DNA of 64,000 nt from Zygnema circumcarinatum SAG 698-1b (taxonomy: Eukaryota; Plantae; Zygnematophyceae): the NCBI GenBank assembly GCA_037447605.1, contig CM074807.1:2800327-2864326 (forward strand), given 5' to 3'. Below the pieces are notes generated by a model, which saw only the letters and a list, made by a program, of their open reading frames with translations, did not search any database and was not told the origin of the DNA. Position numbers and translations under genes: made by a program. Below, one piece after another: positions 25,906 to 40,608 of the stretch (within the stretch, counting starts at the first letter, position 1; each line of letters begins with the position of its first letter).

Positions 25906-26424
25906 CATCGGCGAAAGCGGCTGTCTGCTGAGCTGCCACCCCGGGGGCGGTCGGTCGGTCGGTGCGGGGACGGGACGAGTGGGGAGGGGAGGGAGGGAGG
26001 GGAGGGAGAGCTTCTCGTGGCTGGGCGGCTCGTGGCTGCTCTAGAGGAAGGGAGGGAGGGAGGGAGGAAGCCGTCGGCAGGCGAGGGAGGCATGGCGCGA
26101 GGGAACAGGAGCAGGATGCAGACACGTCGCAGAACACGCGGCGAGGGAATAAGCAATGCACTCGCGGCAGACTGTCGGGGTGTGCAGGGCGGCAAGCAAA
26201 CGAACGAGAGAGCCATGTGGGGCGGCCCCACAGGACAGCTCCCACCTCACTGCTCTTCGTGTTCAACCTGGCAACAAAATCTACCTTCATTTCAACATAG
26301 CCTGCCACCAGAAGCACTTCGCAAAACACAGAACATTGACCCTTAGCAAGCCGTCTACCGCAGCAGATTTCAAGTACGCTCTTTATTGACGACGAAGGAC
26401 GAACAGTTCTGCCGAACCCTCCCA

Positions 26425-29400
26425 TCACATGAGGGGCATGTACGCCCCCCCGTGGCCCCTTCTGAGCACGAGCGGCCCTGCCGTGTCGGGCACTCTATCA
26501 AGCCGCCGAAAGCAGTCCTCCAACACGTCAGGGAAGTCGCGTGCGACGGTGGCCATCTGAAGACGCACCTCCACGTTCCTTGCCATCTGCAGCAGCACTC
26601 GGAAGCTGCTGCCCAGCCAACGCACACTGTCCCGGCGGGCCCCCACCTCCGCCCTGTACAACTGCGCGAGCTCAAGGAGCTCTTTGCTTGGCAGAGGCAG
26701 CGCGCGCATGAAGTCCCGCAAAAACTCAGCCGCCCGCCGGGGCTGCAAAAGCTGAGCCCACAACACAAGCGTCCAGTCTTCTAAGCTCTCTAAGCCGTAG
26801 GCCTGCGCTGTGGCAAGAGCCTCTGCAAACCTCTGCTGCTGCTCCATGAGCCCCCTCGCTGCAGTTTGCGACAAGCACACCCATAGGGCATCAGGGAGGC
26901 CGATCTGCAGGGCCATGAGGGAGGCCTGTGCAGCGCAGCGGCCGGCGCTGCGGCCGCAGTCAGCGGCGGCCCACTCCGCAGCTGCTTCACAGAAATGCCG
27001 CATGGCGTCGAGGAGCTCCTCCGTGCCACTCTCTTCATCGCTCTGCATGCGTCGCCAGTTCAGTCTCTCCCGCCACCTGCTTACTGTCTCCCTCGCACGG
27101 GCCTCGAGAGCGTTGGCCATTTCATGCTTCAGAGAAAGCTCCCTATAGACCTGTACAGAGACAGTTCCCACAAGGATCAGCTTCCACTCCTACCTCAAAT
27201 TCTGCGCTCGCTCTCTCTCCCTCCCTCGACACTAAGTCAACGAAAAAGCAGACGGGGCAAGGAAGATGGGCTTGCCATTTGAAGGCCGGGCTGGTCGTGC
27301 GGCTGCACAGCACATAGAACTGCGATTCTGAGCTCTGCGAGGTGGGAGGATGGCCCTGCGGCTGCCTCAGCATCTGTGAGGTGACGCAACAAAGAGGTGA
27401 GCTGCCCTCCTCCCACCAGACTCTCCAGCACATAGTGGACGGCAGGAAGGTCCACTATCCCCAGCAGAAGCTGAATGGCGTGCTCCACCATGCCCATGGC
27501 CACATAGTCCGCGCCATGCCGTGCCGCTGTGTTGAGGAGCACATCCAAACCATCAAAGCAGCTGCTCGAAAGATAGAGCGTTTGCGCCTGCAGCATCACC
27601 TCCACCTGATGGAGTCCCATCACAGCTCATGTCCAGAACACAGTCCCTTCAGTGCCACCTCATTGTGAAACTTCCGCAGTTCACAATTGACAAGGACGAA
27701 AGGCAATAGGCCGAGATATAGAAGATAGAAGGGAAGAGGAGGAAAGAGAGAGCAAGGAGAGAAGGGCGGAGGGAGGAGACGGACGGTACATGAGGCTTTG
27801 CAAAAATGTCATCAAAGTCCAAGAGTTTTGATTTCCTTCAATACAGATGGAGCCATCTTCTGCAAAAGGAGAGGGGGCTTTGAGCTGCAGAATGTACCTG
27901 ACAGGCAGTTGGAAGTTGGGAGTGCAGGAGGAGTCCCATGAGTGCATGGCCGAGGTCAGAAAGCTGTGGGCATAGCCGCGCCCACATCGCAAAGTCACGA
28001 CCGTGCCACGACAAATGAGAGGGGCCCTTTTCAGAATCGGTCTCTGAATTCCCCATTGCCGCCTGTAAGCCCTGCAGCCGAATTGCAGCAATTAGCAACG
28101 TCGTCACTCACCATGGGTGACTACACTCCCTTCAACATCTCCGAACAATGATCGGGCAGTTGCCAGAGAGGAGACCTACGCAGTACAGAAAAGTGGATGA
28201 GAAATGGACGATAGGAAAGTAGGGGCAGATTAGGCACCTTCAGATAAGCCTCTGTAAGTTTTCGCGCTATTGCAGTTGGAGGCACATGGAACGCGGCAAG
28301 CAACACGTAGGCTACCGGGAGTGCCTCTTGGCCTCGCTCCAGAAGCAACTCCAACAGATACTCCGGATTCCGGCCTTCCACTTGAGAATAGGAGCAGTCC
28401 AAAAAATGCGCAACGTGAAGTAGTGCCGCCAACCGACGACAATGCTTTCGCCCACAGCCCTCCCGGCATGCCTTGGAGAGAGCTTCGACCACCTGCAACG
28501 CACCCCCCAAGCACCCGTCAGCCCTTCGTGCAGAGCGATAAACAGGCTGAAAATGTAGAGTCACTGCATCTTTCAAACCCATTTACGACCAGCCGGCAGT
28601 CTAACCGAAGTCGTCATCCAAACTAACCTATGCTGCTGCAGTTTGCCCTTCACAGCCTTTAATCCCAATGAGTCTACCACTTCGTGGTGTGAAACCCACC
28701 TGCGAAGGTGCCTCTCCTGTGACCTCTTGTATGGGGATATCTCCCGCTGCCTGAAGCTGCTCCAATAGTGCGGTAGAAACTCGGTCACCCTGAGCCACTG
28801 CCTCCGCCACCTCCACAAGGACGACCTCCGGGGGAGTATGCCCCAAGCGAGCTGCCACCTGCTTGGCCGGCAATAGCTGCCCTTCCTCTAGCAAAACCAA
28901 TAACGCCTTCTCCTCTGCATCGCCCCGGCGAACCCCATTCCCGGCTGCACTGCCTCCTACACGGGTCTCCTGCAGCACATCACCTTCTTCACTCACTTTT
29001 TCCTCGTTCAATGAAGGGGAGTCTTCTACTTCAGGCGATACAATGGTAGGTTCGTTTTCTTCTGAGGAAGGAGTCATGCGCTGCTGTCGGAAAGTTGAGC
29101 GTAGGCGGCGGCGGGCGAGGGATACGCGGGAAGGAGAGGACCTATCTAGAGGAGTGGAAGTTGTTGGGAGGGGTCGGGGAAGGGAAGATAGCACCTCGGC
29201 TGTTTGGGTTACATAAGACGGAACATTGGCTGCATGGAAATTCATGCTGCCTCCTCCCTCCCCGCTCCGCTCATCCGCCTCTGCTGCTAACAGCCAAATT
29301 CGCTGCTCCAATTCACTATATGTAATCTCCTCATCAGCCCCTTCTTGGTTCCACTGACGAAGTAGGGGTTCGTTGCTATCCTCACCGCTGCAAGACGGCA

Positions 29401-32400
29401 CCTCCAATCATCCAAGTTAAGGATGCTAATGCCGGCATTATTTTCCTAAGTGGAAGTATCACAGTCTGAGCTTGGAGACGTCACAAAGAGGATTGAATTT
29501 ACCTGAGGGGCCTGCACTGGGCTTGCAGAGCCATCACATGCACCCGCCAAACTTCCTCCGGAGAACCGCCATCTCCTTCCAGAACCTCTCCTTGTCGCAA
29601 GAAAAATGCAGCTGCCTGAACATTTAAACAATTGGAGAGTTCAGCAACAACACATCTCCGGAATATGGCGTTGCTGCAGTTATTAAGGTTGGATATAGCA
29701 TGTTCCACAGACTTGATCACATTTCAGTTTGAGGGTAGACCAGTTTCTTGGAGAAAAATGAATAAAAAAAAACCACAATGAGAACGCGGAACATGCAAAC
29801 GTTTCTCCTCCAAAGCCTATATATTTGAAGGGCACACTTGCCTCCCGAGCAGAAAGATTATAATTGCTGAATAGCGTTTGACAGTGTGTCCAAAGAGCCA
29901 CCCGCTCTTCCAAATCATCCCAAAGTAGATCCTTGCACTCCGCCACAAGCATGTCGGCCTGAAGAACACCCCAGCAAGTCAGCATTTATCGTCGCTTCAA
30001 CAAGCAGAATCTTGCCACTAAGCTGAAGAAACCCACGTACTCGTCGACAGCGCCCTCCCACCAACATCCCTCCCTGATGCTCATACAGCAGCAACGCAAT
30101 CCTCCCTCCCTCACCTGCGAGAGGGTGACATATGCTTGCGCTGCACTTGCACTCCCGAGCACCCCCTCTCCGTCGAGATGTGCTGCCCATGTCCGCGCAT
30201 CCCTCCATTGCTTCGCCCTCACCAGTCCTTCCAGAAGTCCCCTATCGCTTCCTCCACACGTTTCCCGTATGAAGTCCGGCAGACTGCTCTTCAGCTGCAA
30301 TGCAAGATAACGTCTCCGGAACTGCGCTGCTGCTGCCCCTCCGTCTGCGAAGTCTGCGGAGGCGAGCAGCTTAAGCAGGGCGAGCTGCTCGTGGTTTGTG
30401 CTGCTGCGGGCAAGCTGGGCTTCCGCCGCTGCCACGGCGGGGGCAGTGATCCATGCTGCACCTTCCTCCTCTTTCAGTTCACTGCAGAATCGTCGCAGTT
30501 GCTGGGCAGCTTCTGTGACTCGCATTTGAGAGAAGGCCTGCGAGGGTTACTCCAAACACATCCGCAGTCCGTCAGTTTTATCACAGTGACAAAGCTGGCT
30601 AGGCCTACTTGACCTGCCCAGAAATTATCCAATTTAACTGTGGACGACGAAGGGTTGGGCAGCTAGCTCTCTCTTGATCAGTCAAACAGTGTGAAAAAAA
30701 AAACAAGGCGGGAGTGGGGGGATGATCATGGTGCACAAGAAAGGAGTACCTGCAAAAACCGGATAAAATGTAGTAAAGGCGATGATGGCATGAAGAGCTC
30801 AAATCCCCTTAGCAGCGGCAAGAAGCATTGCTGCTGACAAAGGATTCCCACGAGGTCCGCCACTGACTCGTGCCTCCGACCCTCCTCTTTGTGCCAAGAC
30901 TCCCTTGCGATGGCAGAGGGGGGCTCGCGAGTTGCATCAGAGAGCATTGCAGGAGGCGAAACATCACCACTGCTACCATTGCTACTGCTACTACTGCTGC
31001 TGCGTCTGCGCCGTTTGGTCGGTCTCCCATCGCCGGCAGAAGAGAAGCTGACGTCTGAGGGCGCTGCTCCCCCCTTCCCCTCACTCTGCAGGTTCAGAGC
31101 CTCCACAGCTCGACCAACGGCAGTGGCAGCACGCTGAGCTGCCTCTCCACCTTTTACCGCCGTTGTGATTCTGCACCTCACATGCCGATGACGCAGAGGG
31201 TCAGCAGGTGTCCAGGGTGCTTTGCCAATTTGATTTTCACTCATCCCACATTTCTCTGCCATACAACCTTTTGTCATCAACTTGACGAATAGACGACTGG
31301 CCATGGGATAAGTCCAACGAGTGGTACGCATGTGACATCTTTGAATCGGACCAAGTCATGTGGTTTGAACTTTAGCTGCAGGAAACGGCCTTTCAGAATG
31401 CTGCCGACGATCAGTCTGCCAAAGAACTGAGAAATGTCAAACCTTTCTCGCAAGACATTGAACTGTTGTTCACTAGTCGCTACATGTTGCAGTCATACCT
31501 TGCAGCAGTGATGTCTAGCCAGACTGCAAGGCAGCTGAGAGGAGGTGCATCCGAGTAGCAGGATGCGAGCACTGCCACGAGAGGCCACCTTGCCTCCTGC
31601 GCGCGTTCGAGGAGGCCCTTCCCTCTCTGAGGGGGAGAGGAGCACTCTGCGAGCAGAGCGAATAGCTCCCCTTGCTGCGCGGCTGTGCGGATATCCGCCG
31701 GTAAAGCAGGAGAAGCTGCATGTGGTGGCTCCACACTCAGGGCTTCCGCACTACGCAACACGGTCTGCATGTGACTTCTTAGAGCCACATCCGTGAAAGT
31801 GCGAGCTGCCTGCATGCCGGCAAGGGACACAAAGTTGAAGCTTTGCCGGAGTTTCAGGAGTGTGAAGGAAGAAAGGGAGCACATCCATCGTTTCTTGGAA
31901 TTCTGGGGGATAACGCTTTGAATTCTATGCAGGGGTCACAGCACCCGCACAGACTGACGAGCTTCCAGCAATTTGCATATGTGGGGTGATTTCTGCAAAA
32001 GGATTCCATAAACGGGACGCTCACCAGTGAGGCGAGCTGCTCAGCTGGAAACGACTCCGCCTGCGCCTCTGCTAGGAAGCCCACCTGCCTCCGAGCCACC
32101 TCCTCAGCATATAAATACTCAGATCCCGTCACGGAATTTGTCTGTCCATAAACCAATAACTGCTATTCTGAGATGATAACTTACCCAATCGTTATCTTGG
32201 CCCAAGAGACGAAGGTAGGTATCAGAAGGGGGCAACCCATGTGCGCGGCAGAACGCTGTCACAAGTGCCCAACGCTGACTAACTGCATGCTGAGCTGCTC
32301 TTAGTCGACCTCCATCTCCCCCCGCCCCCCTCAGCCATGCCCCTGCACCCCCACTTGCCAACTCCCCTCCTCCTGCCGAAGAAGAAGCAGAGTGTGCCCC

Positions 32401-35400
32401 TAAGCACGCCTGCTCGAGCCGCCGTAAGGCTCCCAAGACAGCCTCTCTGTTGTGCTCCAAGCTGCCGTCCTCCCCCACAGCCGAGCGCGCATAGTGGAGG
32501 GCCAAAGCGTGGGCGAGGGGCCCTGCACCTGCGTGGGACTGTTTGCCGCGGGGATGTTTGCCTGCTTCTGCAATGGCATGCAGGGCTGCTACTGTGGTGC
32601 GCAGCTGCAGACTGTGGTGCCCCAACCCGCACAGCTCTAAGAGCACCACGCTGGCTGCCACCACACGGGCGGAGGAGAAGTGACTCAAAGCCAAAGGCAT
32701 TATCTGTTGCCCACCGTTGCGAGGATCACATCAGCAAAAGCCACCTCCGGTTGCTTCCGAAAGAAAGGGCGCATGTGTTAGTAGCACACATACATAGCAC
32801 ATACAAATGACAACTTCATGTTGGCAGGGTTGTTGTGGGTTCCAACTGAAACTAAAAACTGAGATTTGAGAAGGTAGAGAGTTTTCAACACTAAAAATTC
32901 GCCTCTTCTTCGCCTCTGTGGAATGTATGTCACCAGCGCTGAATCCGTCATGCTAAACTTCCGACATATATGATAGCATGCAGCACAACCAACACAGGGT
33001 GGATTTGCAGAATCACCGATGCAACGAGTTGTCGCTGTTCTCCAGGCGTGAGCGGAGCCAATAGCCCCTGCTCTGCCTGCAGTCCTCTCTGCCGCAGGAA
33101 GGCATCCAGGGCCGCCAAGGGCCTTGCCCGCCTCACAAAATGCTCCAAACTCCTTCCTGCTGCACCTGCACCTTCCTGCCCATCCACTTCCCGCATGCCA
33201 ACTCAATCTCCACCTTTACGGCAGCAGCTACAGTTCTGACGAGTGAGGGCTACCCTGGCTGGTGTATGCATCGTAAAGATAGTTGCGGATGCCACTCTCA
33301 CCTCTGGTTGATGCACATACAAGTCCTGACATATTGAGTGCGCTGCAGAGGCCTCCCAAGACTGTACAAGAGATTGCACCAGTGTCAGCTCTGCAGCTCG
33401 AGCAGCCGACTCTCCTGCAGCAGCTTCTGCCACCGCCACTGCAACAGCTGCCTCGCCGCTCGTCACGCCACTGCTACTGTCTGCCCCACCCGGAACTCCC
33501 TGCAAATACACACGAAAAGTCAGTGAATTCCGCAAAAGGAGACAACAGTCGAACGGCAATAAGGCTGAAGAAGGATGGACTGTAGCTGTCTGAAGAGAAA
33601 CAGCACCTGAATGGACAGGCGCAGAAGGGTACGGAGGGCCTTCGGCTGTGGTCGTGCCAGCATGGAAAGCAGTGAAGCGTCTCCACTGGCAGAGGAGAAC
33701 AGTGTTTCACGCCAATGCAGATAGCTTAACAATGCAGCCTTGCCAGGTTTTGGGCTGCCACCTGTAAAAAATGTCACACGACCTTTTGTAAAGCAAGTTT
33801 CCAACGGTCCTCCACGATAACAATGCACAAAAAAAGCTACTCAAACAATTTAAGCCCTTGAACGTGAGCACATGCGTAGCAGACAGTCACCTGGACCTGC
33901 AACAGGCGGGTGCAGCTCGTGAAGGTGTGACGTGACGGCTGTAGAGCTGGAAAGCGCCCTCCACAAGGTCGGAAAGCGCCATTGCAGAGCATCGTAGAAG
34001 CTTCCCAGAGAGCACTGCCATGGCTGCAATATGAGGTGCCCAGCTGCCGCGGTAACAAGACACTCCTGTGGCGGCCATGGCGCGTGCACAAGGGTGGCCA
34101 GGGCGGCGAAGTCCTCCCCAGCATCCGCCATGGCTTGGACCGTCCCGGGACTGTCCAACCCCATGGCGATGCTTCTCGCGTTCGCAAGTGCAGCTTCAAG
34201 GAGCCCTCCCTTTGAGCGGAGGGCGACCAGCCAACGGGCCCAATCGCAGCCTTTCTGCACCCCACTTCCACTACGGCGTTGGGTTTTGAAACCTTTGGGT
34301 TCTGAACCCTGTACTTTCATTCTACCCGCAAAAAAAAGAGCAATTCACAATGTGGGGTTCAACTTTCTATGACCGGCAGCAGCACTTACTACTGCAGTGA
34401 CAAGTGGCGCTGTGAGGTCCGATTGGTAGTGGGAGATGCCCATGCTGTGGCAATCGAGATACAGCTGCAGAGCGTGTGGGAGGCCATGGCGGCAGCAGTG
34501 TTGGACGAGGAGGGCACGCAGCTCTGCTTGCTGCGAACGGCCACCCTGCGACCCGAGGACAACACCCGCTGCAGCTAACAGGGCGACCAACTCTTCTGGA
34601 CATTCCCATTCCTTCTGCAAGAAAACAAGGTGCTGAGCAAGCCTTCTCTTCGTTCTCTGCTTCATCAGAGTTGTGAACAGAACATTCGCAGGCGGCAGCA
34701 TCACTCTAACCCCCTTCAGCAGAGCCATTGGCAGGCCTTGAGTTAGAAATCGAGCTGTCTCCTCCCCTTCGGAGTGGATTGCCCCCCCCTGCACACTAGT
34801 ACAGAGGAGGTCCGCATCCTGAATTGCAGAATACGGCAAGAAGTCCAGCAACTGGGCGACGTGCGGCCAATCGTGATGCGCAAAATGGAAGCTCATTTGT
34901 GCAGCCCACGATGCGTGAGGCCACGTTGGCACCACCTCAAGATGGACCTGAACATGACCCCCCCTCCAAACTCTCATCAGCTGCATGCCCTTTGTATAGG
35001 CGATGGCATCACACCCATCTCGATTCTTTGTGAGAGCTCTGGTGAGTTGGAACATACTCGTTGAAGAGTTGCAGAATCCCATTCTTGAAGCCAACAAGCT
35101 GCGACACACAGATATGAGCCATCCTTCTCGTTTTGAGATGTCGCAGGCCTACTGCGGCTCTTGGTAGAAACAGAGCTCCATGCAGACCCAACGAAGCCTT
35201 CAATTTCGCCGCAGGTTATCCGAAATTCCGCGTCATCCACCTGTGGTATATCTTTACAATCTTGCCCAGCCAGACTCCTATATGTTGCCAAGAAGCTGCT
35301 GCCCGGATAGACCTCCTGAAGCCCACTCCTTCCCCACAGAATGTCAGAACATACCGCGCCTGTGAGAAACAGCTGAATACGCAAACACAACGAGCTGACT

Positions 35401-38400
35401 TTGGTATGTAGAAGCTTATGTTCAAACTAGAAAAACGTGCAGAGCAGCAGATTGGCTTCCTCACTTCCAGTGAAGTGACTGTTCGAAGCACATCCAAGTC
35501 TGCAGTCGAAAGTAGTGTGAGCAGCTGCAGCTGATGCGCTGCCTGACCCCGTAGCCTGCGGTCGAGTGTGCTCATAGCCAAATCCCTCAGTGCTGTGCCC
35601 GCATCCTCCCCGAGCCTGCGCAATGCTTCCACAGCCGTATCTGCGCGACCCTGCAACAAACAATCCATCCCCTCCGCCATCATCATCACCTCCCCACCCG
35701 CCAACCCATCCATCCTCCAAAACTGCACTCTGTACTATCAAAGGCACAAGCCATACCTTGCAGAGAAGGTCGTACACAATCCCGTGCCCTATGGCCCGCA
35801 GCTCCTCGAACGCCGGGAGAGGTCCCCTTCCGGTCCCCCCCTGGTCCACTTTCCGGCGCAGGTGCACGCCCGCCAGCGCCATGCGGCCCGTGCGGAGGGC
35901 GTCCTTTACCACCGCCTCTGCGCTGCACTGCTCCGCCCTCCACCGGGCGAGCATCTCCCCCGGACTCTCTGCGGCTCCGAGGGACCCCCCCCCTGCTGCA
36001 AGAGAGGGAGAGGGAGAGGGAGAGGTCTGCAGGTGTAAGGGGACGGCCAGAGCGTATTTGTTGGATACCACACCGAAGGAAGCACTGGGGGCTGCAGGCA
36101 TGGCTTCATGGGGCAGCTGTGGTATCACTTGCAACGCAGCGATCTGCAGGACAGTCAGAGTTCAACGTGGGGAACGTCAGCAAGAGATTCTTCAAAGCTC
36201 GTCTCTATCTGAAGGTCAGATAAGTCAATCCACGTCCGAATAGATTCAAACTGTTTGTCAGAGTTTCGAAGAAAGCGTCAGTCTTACACAAAAATAAATG
36301 GGATAGTTTTGTAGCAGAGCCTGTCCTGGAGTTTCACCGTTGACTCACCACATTCGGGGCTTCCTGCTGGCCACCTGCAGCACGTGGCGTGCCTGATTTC
36401 GCCTCGGGGCGAAGCTTGGCCTGCAAGCCCCGTAGCACTTCCACATAATGTGCCACCTGCTCTAAGTGCCGGCTGCTCCACTCCATTTCCTTACTTGGAG
36501 CCGATCCCCTTGCATCCCCAGCCTTGAGGGAGCGTGCAGCTACAACCCATCTTCGGACCTTCGCTGTTGCAAATCGCAACGCCAAGCTGAGAAGTCTGCG
36601 GTTTTGAGAGAGACACACGTTGGCGGAAACCAAAGGGTGATCAATACGAAAGACTGCAAACTCTGGAGAGCAACAATGCGACAAACAAGCAGTTTCCTAA
36701 CTGTTGAAAGGTCTACAGACCTGGTGGCTAAAGTGAGCTTGGTCTCGGACCGCTGCCGCAGGCAACTAAGAGCTGCAAAAAGAAGGACTTGCAAGGCTGC
36801 CAGAGTCACCGCAGGGCCGCTCTGTTCCTGCTCTAAGGCATGGACTGCTCTGCACAGGTTCAACAGGTCATACATGAACAGTTAAAAATCGCAACTCACG
36901 CAACAAATCAATTTTCCGCACACTCCCTGCAAGAACTTCAAGCAGTCACTGTTCTGCTGACACACTCCAATGTCCATGTGGCAAAGTGACAAATGTCATC
37001 ACTCTTCAAGTCATTCGCCGAACAGCTCTAATGAACATGGGGTCAGCTGTCTACCCGGAACAAGGTGGGCGTGACTTGTGGAAAATGACCTGGCGATGGG
37101 GTCTCACGGTGCAAAACAGCAAAGTGAACTTACCTATATAACTTTCAAAATGATTTGAATGGACAAAAGCAGCGAATACTTACCGCTGAATGTCAACTAT
37201 GCTTTGCGAAAGGTCAATCGCCAGCTCAAGACGACGCAGTTGCAGAGCCTGCATGCTCCAGCCTTCAATGACCCCCAAAAGGCAGCCTGATGAAGTCCGG
37301 CCATGGGCCACCCAATACCACCTTACACAAAGGCCCACATCTACGCCGTCATGGGCACATTGTCAAAGAGATCACCTGCCTGAGATCCATGCAACTCTCC
37401 AAACCGTGCAGAAAACAGTGCAGATTCTACAATAATGCGTCCCTTGGTCGATATTGCAGCAAGTACTCCCTTTTCGCCATCCGCACACTAATGGTTTACA
37501 AACATTGTTCACCATTCACTCTACTTTCAACGAAAAATATTCGACATCCGAAAGAAGCAAATACATTAAGATGTCCTTTTGTGATGAAATCTGTTGCCTG
37601 CTGATGGTCCCTCCAAATGACACTCGAAGCTGGAAGAAACTATCCCTCCCAGGCATATGGCTTGCCGATTGTCTTGCTTTATGTGGTGGCTGGTGCATAG
37701 AAGTGATGATTTAATGAGACAGAGCGACACGATGGCAAAAGAATAGAAAACAGCGTACCGTTGATACTGCACAAGTGAAGCGCCTTTTCTATTCCCTCGC
37801 TGACATAGACACGTTCCAAGAGTTTCATCTCCCACTGATCTGAAACAGCGTAACTTGATGAGCCTTTTTGCAGGCCCTGGACAAGCAGAGCCTCCAATCG
37901 CCTGGACAACTTCGCCACAGACTTGCCTTGGGCAGATTGGTATGGTGGAAGGAGCGCATGAAGGCCGACCTTGGAAATGAGGTGGAGGCAGCCATGAGCT
38001 GAGAAAATATTTGTAGTTGGATAAAAGGTGGAAAGACCGCTAGTGGCACCAAGGCGAAGGCCATGCCAAGCCAAACTAAGATTACCGTTAGGTTTCGTAT
38101 AAGCAAAGGCAATTCCGGCTGGCTGTGTGCCCATATCAGGGCTTATGGCGAGAGCGATGGGGCAGTGACATTGCTCGAGAGGGAGAATCACTCTTCGGCG
38201 TTGCCGTACTTCCTCTTGCTTCGCAAACAGCGGTGCCTCCTCCATAGTGGCAGAATTATTAACATGAACGTTAAAACCACTCTGTCCCAGTGTTCTCCTA
38301 GAGAAACTATCCCTCTCTACTCGAGTATCTGGAACTGACTCAACTAGCTCCACTCGATTGTGAGGAACTTCCTGATCAACACGCACAGTTCCAATTGGAC

Positions 38401-39559
38401 CGTCTGCAATGGCCCAGACATTTTGTTCTCGGTGTTTCAAGTGGAGTCTCGCCACACTGCCGTTTGCCAACTTGTGATCATCGTCAAGTCTTTCAGGATG
38501 CAAAACAAAGTATTCGGAAGTATCGGCGAGGCAGATGAGACCACTATCTGTTACTGCTGCAATCTTATGAGAGTCCGCACTGACGGCCAGCATCGAAAAC
38601 GATAATCTTGAAACTCCGCAGTATGAGACAAAATCTAGAAGGCCAACAGGCGTTCCTGAGGATGCCGACCATATGTAAACCTGCCCTGTGCTAAACAGAC
38701 CAAAAAGCAGCTCGTCTGTCAGAGAGAAGCTAGCCCACCATGCTGTCGTTGCTTGTGCTTGCTCAAGCTCATTTTGTTTAGAAGAAGGCGATCCCCACGG
38801 CTGCAACACTATTTTCTGCTCGTGCCACTCCAAACCCCAAGAATGAACTCTTGCAAGGATAGCGAAGCTCCCAGCGAGGACTTTCTGCGAGATTAAGGAT
38901 TTTTTCAGAACTGAAATGCACGCGACCAGGCAATTCGATGGAGAGCTATGGAGTTCCAACAAGCTGCTGGAGCGCGCACCCAAAACGTCAGAATTCTCTG
39001 GTGCCGGCATGGAGAATAGGCACTCGTATCCTTGGGATGATGCGGGCAATGCAGAAGCCATACAGCGTGTAAGGCTATTCTGCGCGTGTGGCCACGGAAA
39101 GTACATACGAAATCCTTTTTCCGAGTCCAACTCGAGGTCTGGACCCCATTGCAAGTCCCATTCTTGCTTATCCTCATGCAAACTTGCTCTTGAAGTGTGG
39201 TTAATCCCATTAAGTGGGCCTGAGAAGGAGTAAACCACGAGACCATGGCTGCCGGCAACAAGCAAAAACTCCTGATACGTGGTGTGTTTGCTCGGGACAG
39301 GCGTGGGGTCACCGTCCTGAGGACATGCCCATGCATGGGAGTATGCGGCATGGCCGTGGGCTGCAGGCCACAGCGGTATTGAGGGCAAGGATGGAGCCAA
39401 ACAGTACAGCAGAGGCGGTCCATGAGAGGGGCGGAGTGCAAGTAGGCGACGCGAGGGAGAAAGCTTCGTAAGGAGTGAAGAAGGAGGAGGTGCAGACTCC
39501 CAGCGATGCAGCGCCACCACCTGCATCGCTTCCTCTGCCCCTCCGCTGTTGCTGCTCAT
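26425..39559 (-). CDS. SPG11: Spatacsin (SPG11, AP-5 associated)
   Basis: About 25 exons. Plant spatacsin motifs MQALQLRRLELA, EVYPGSSF, NDW|VGFLAEAQ, LLHFIRFLQ|AFSQMR, LWTHCQTLF, CFDGLDVL, and C-terminus LVLRRGHGGAYMPLM*. Start MSSNSGG at 39559 is inferred. Two introns are GC-AG. Confidence 0.92.
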
Positions 39560-40608
39560 TAGCACCGCCTTTCCCCACAGATTCCGGAACCCCTCCACTG
39601 CGTCATATGCGAGCCTGCCTGCAATACTAATACGGCCTTCAAAGCCTTCAGCTCCCCCAGCTCCGCTCCGCCTCGCCTCTCTCCCTCCCTCGCTCCCTCC
39701 CTGGGAGGGAGGACGACTCATGGAGCCGTACAGGACGTACAATAACCGCTGTACGAACCGTATTATTGTACGGACAGTCCGCACCGTGCCGGGAAAAGGT
39801 GGTGCCACGTGGCGAACTCGGGCTGTTGGGCTGACGGCGGTTTCCTTGTCGCTGTTGAGGTCGTTCCGTTTGGGGCCAACGGTCATGGAAACAGTTCGTG
39901 GCAGACTGCGAGCAGAGCAGAACTGCCGCATGGGCAAGGAGCGCCAGAGTGCTGCACAACACTGGCTGGGGCTGTATCTCTCCAGCAATTGGTTTACGGT
40001 ACGGCGTGTTTTTTTTAAATTTATAACAAAACATGCTTCAGCGAGCTTCATGTAGACTGAATTCCCACACAAGTGAACCGAAAGCCAACAGCTGCGAAAA
40101 GCGAGCGTTGACAGGCAGGCAGCGGGGGGGGGCACGTCAGGTATTTCAAATGCTCGTGAAAGATCAAGCTCTTTCGAGTCTGGCACCGGAGATTTTTCAA
40201 CCAAAATACAGTCAAAAAGTAAAACATGATAAAGCAGATGATGCCCGCCAGCGCCAACTGCTCGTGAAGACGACCAGTGGGAGGAGGAGCATCACATTCA
40301 AAATTGATTCTGCCACCGCTGCATCCTTATGTCCCGGTTTGAGTGCCTGAACTCTCAGCGCCTTACAGAGAGGCGCACGCCCCACGTGCCCACTATATGA
40401 AGCCGCACATTGAGCGCATACAAGCTGCTGCCGCTACCAACAAGAATGAGCCCTCTCCTTCGCATCAGCAATCATCGCGCTAATGGTTCGGCCGAATCCG
40501 GCCACGGAGTGTGAGGCCCATAGGGACCCATGGGAGTAATATGGTCAGAGAGGGGGGGCACAGGGAGGCAGCAGAGGCGGCATCATGGCTCCAACTTGCT
40601 TGTGGAGG

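Noticed and set aside
39560-40204. Extra 215 N-terminal codons of the 841-aa ORF
   Set aside because: Low-complexity promoter sequence containing the GTAC/G-box module, with no spatacsin-like character. ATG 39559 is the more plausible start.
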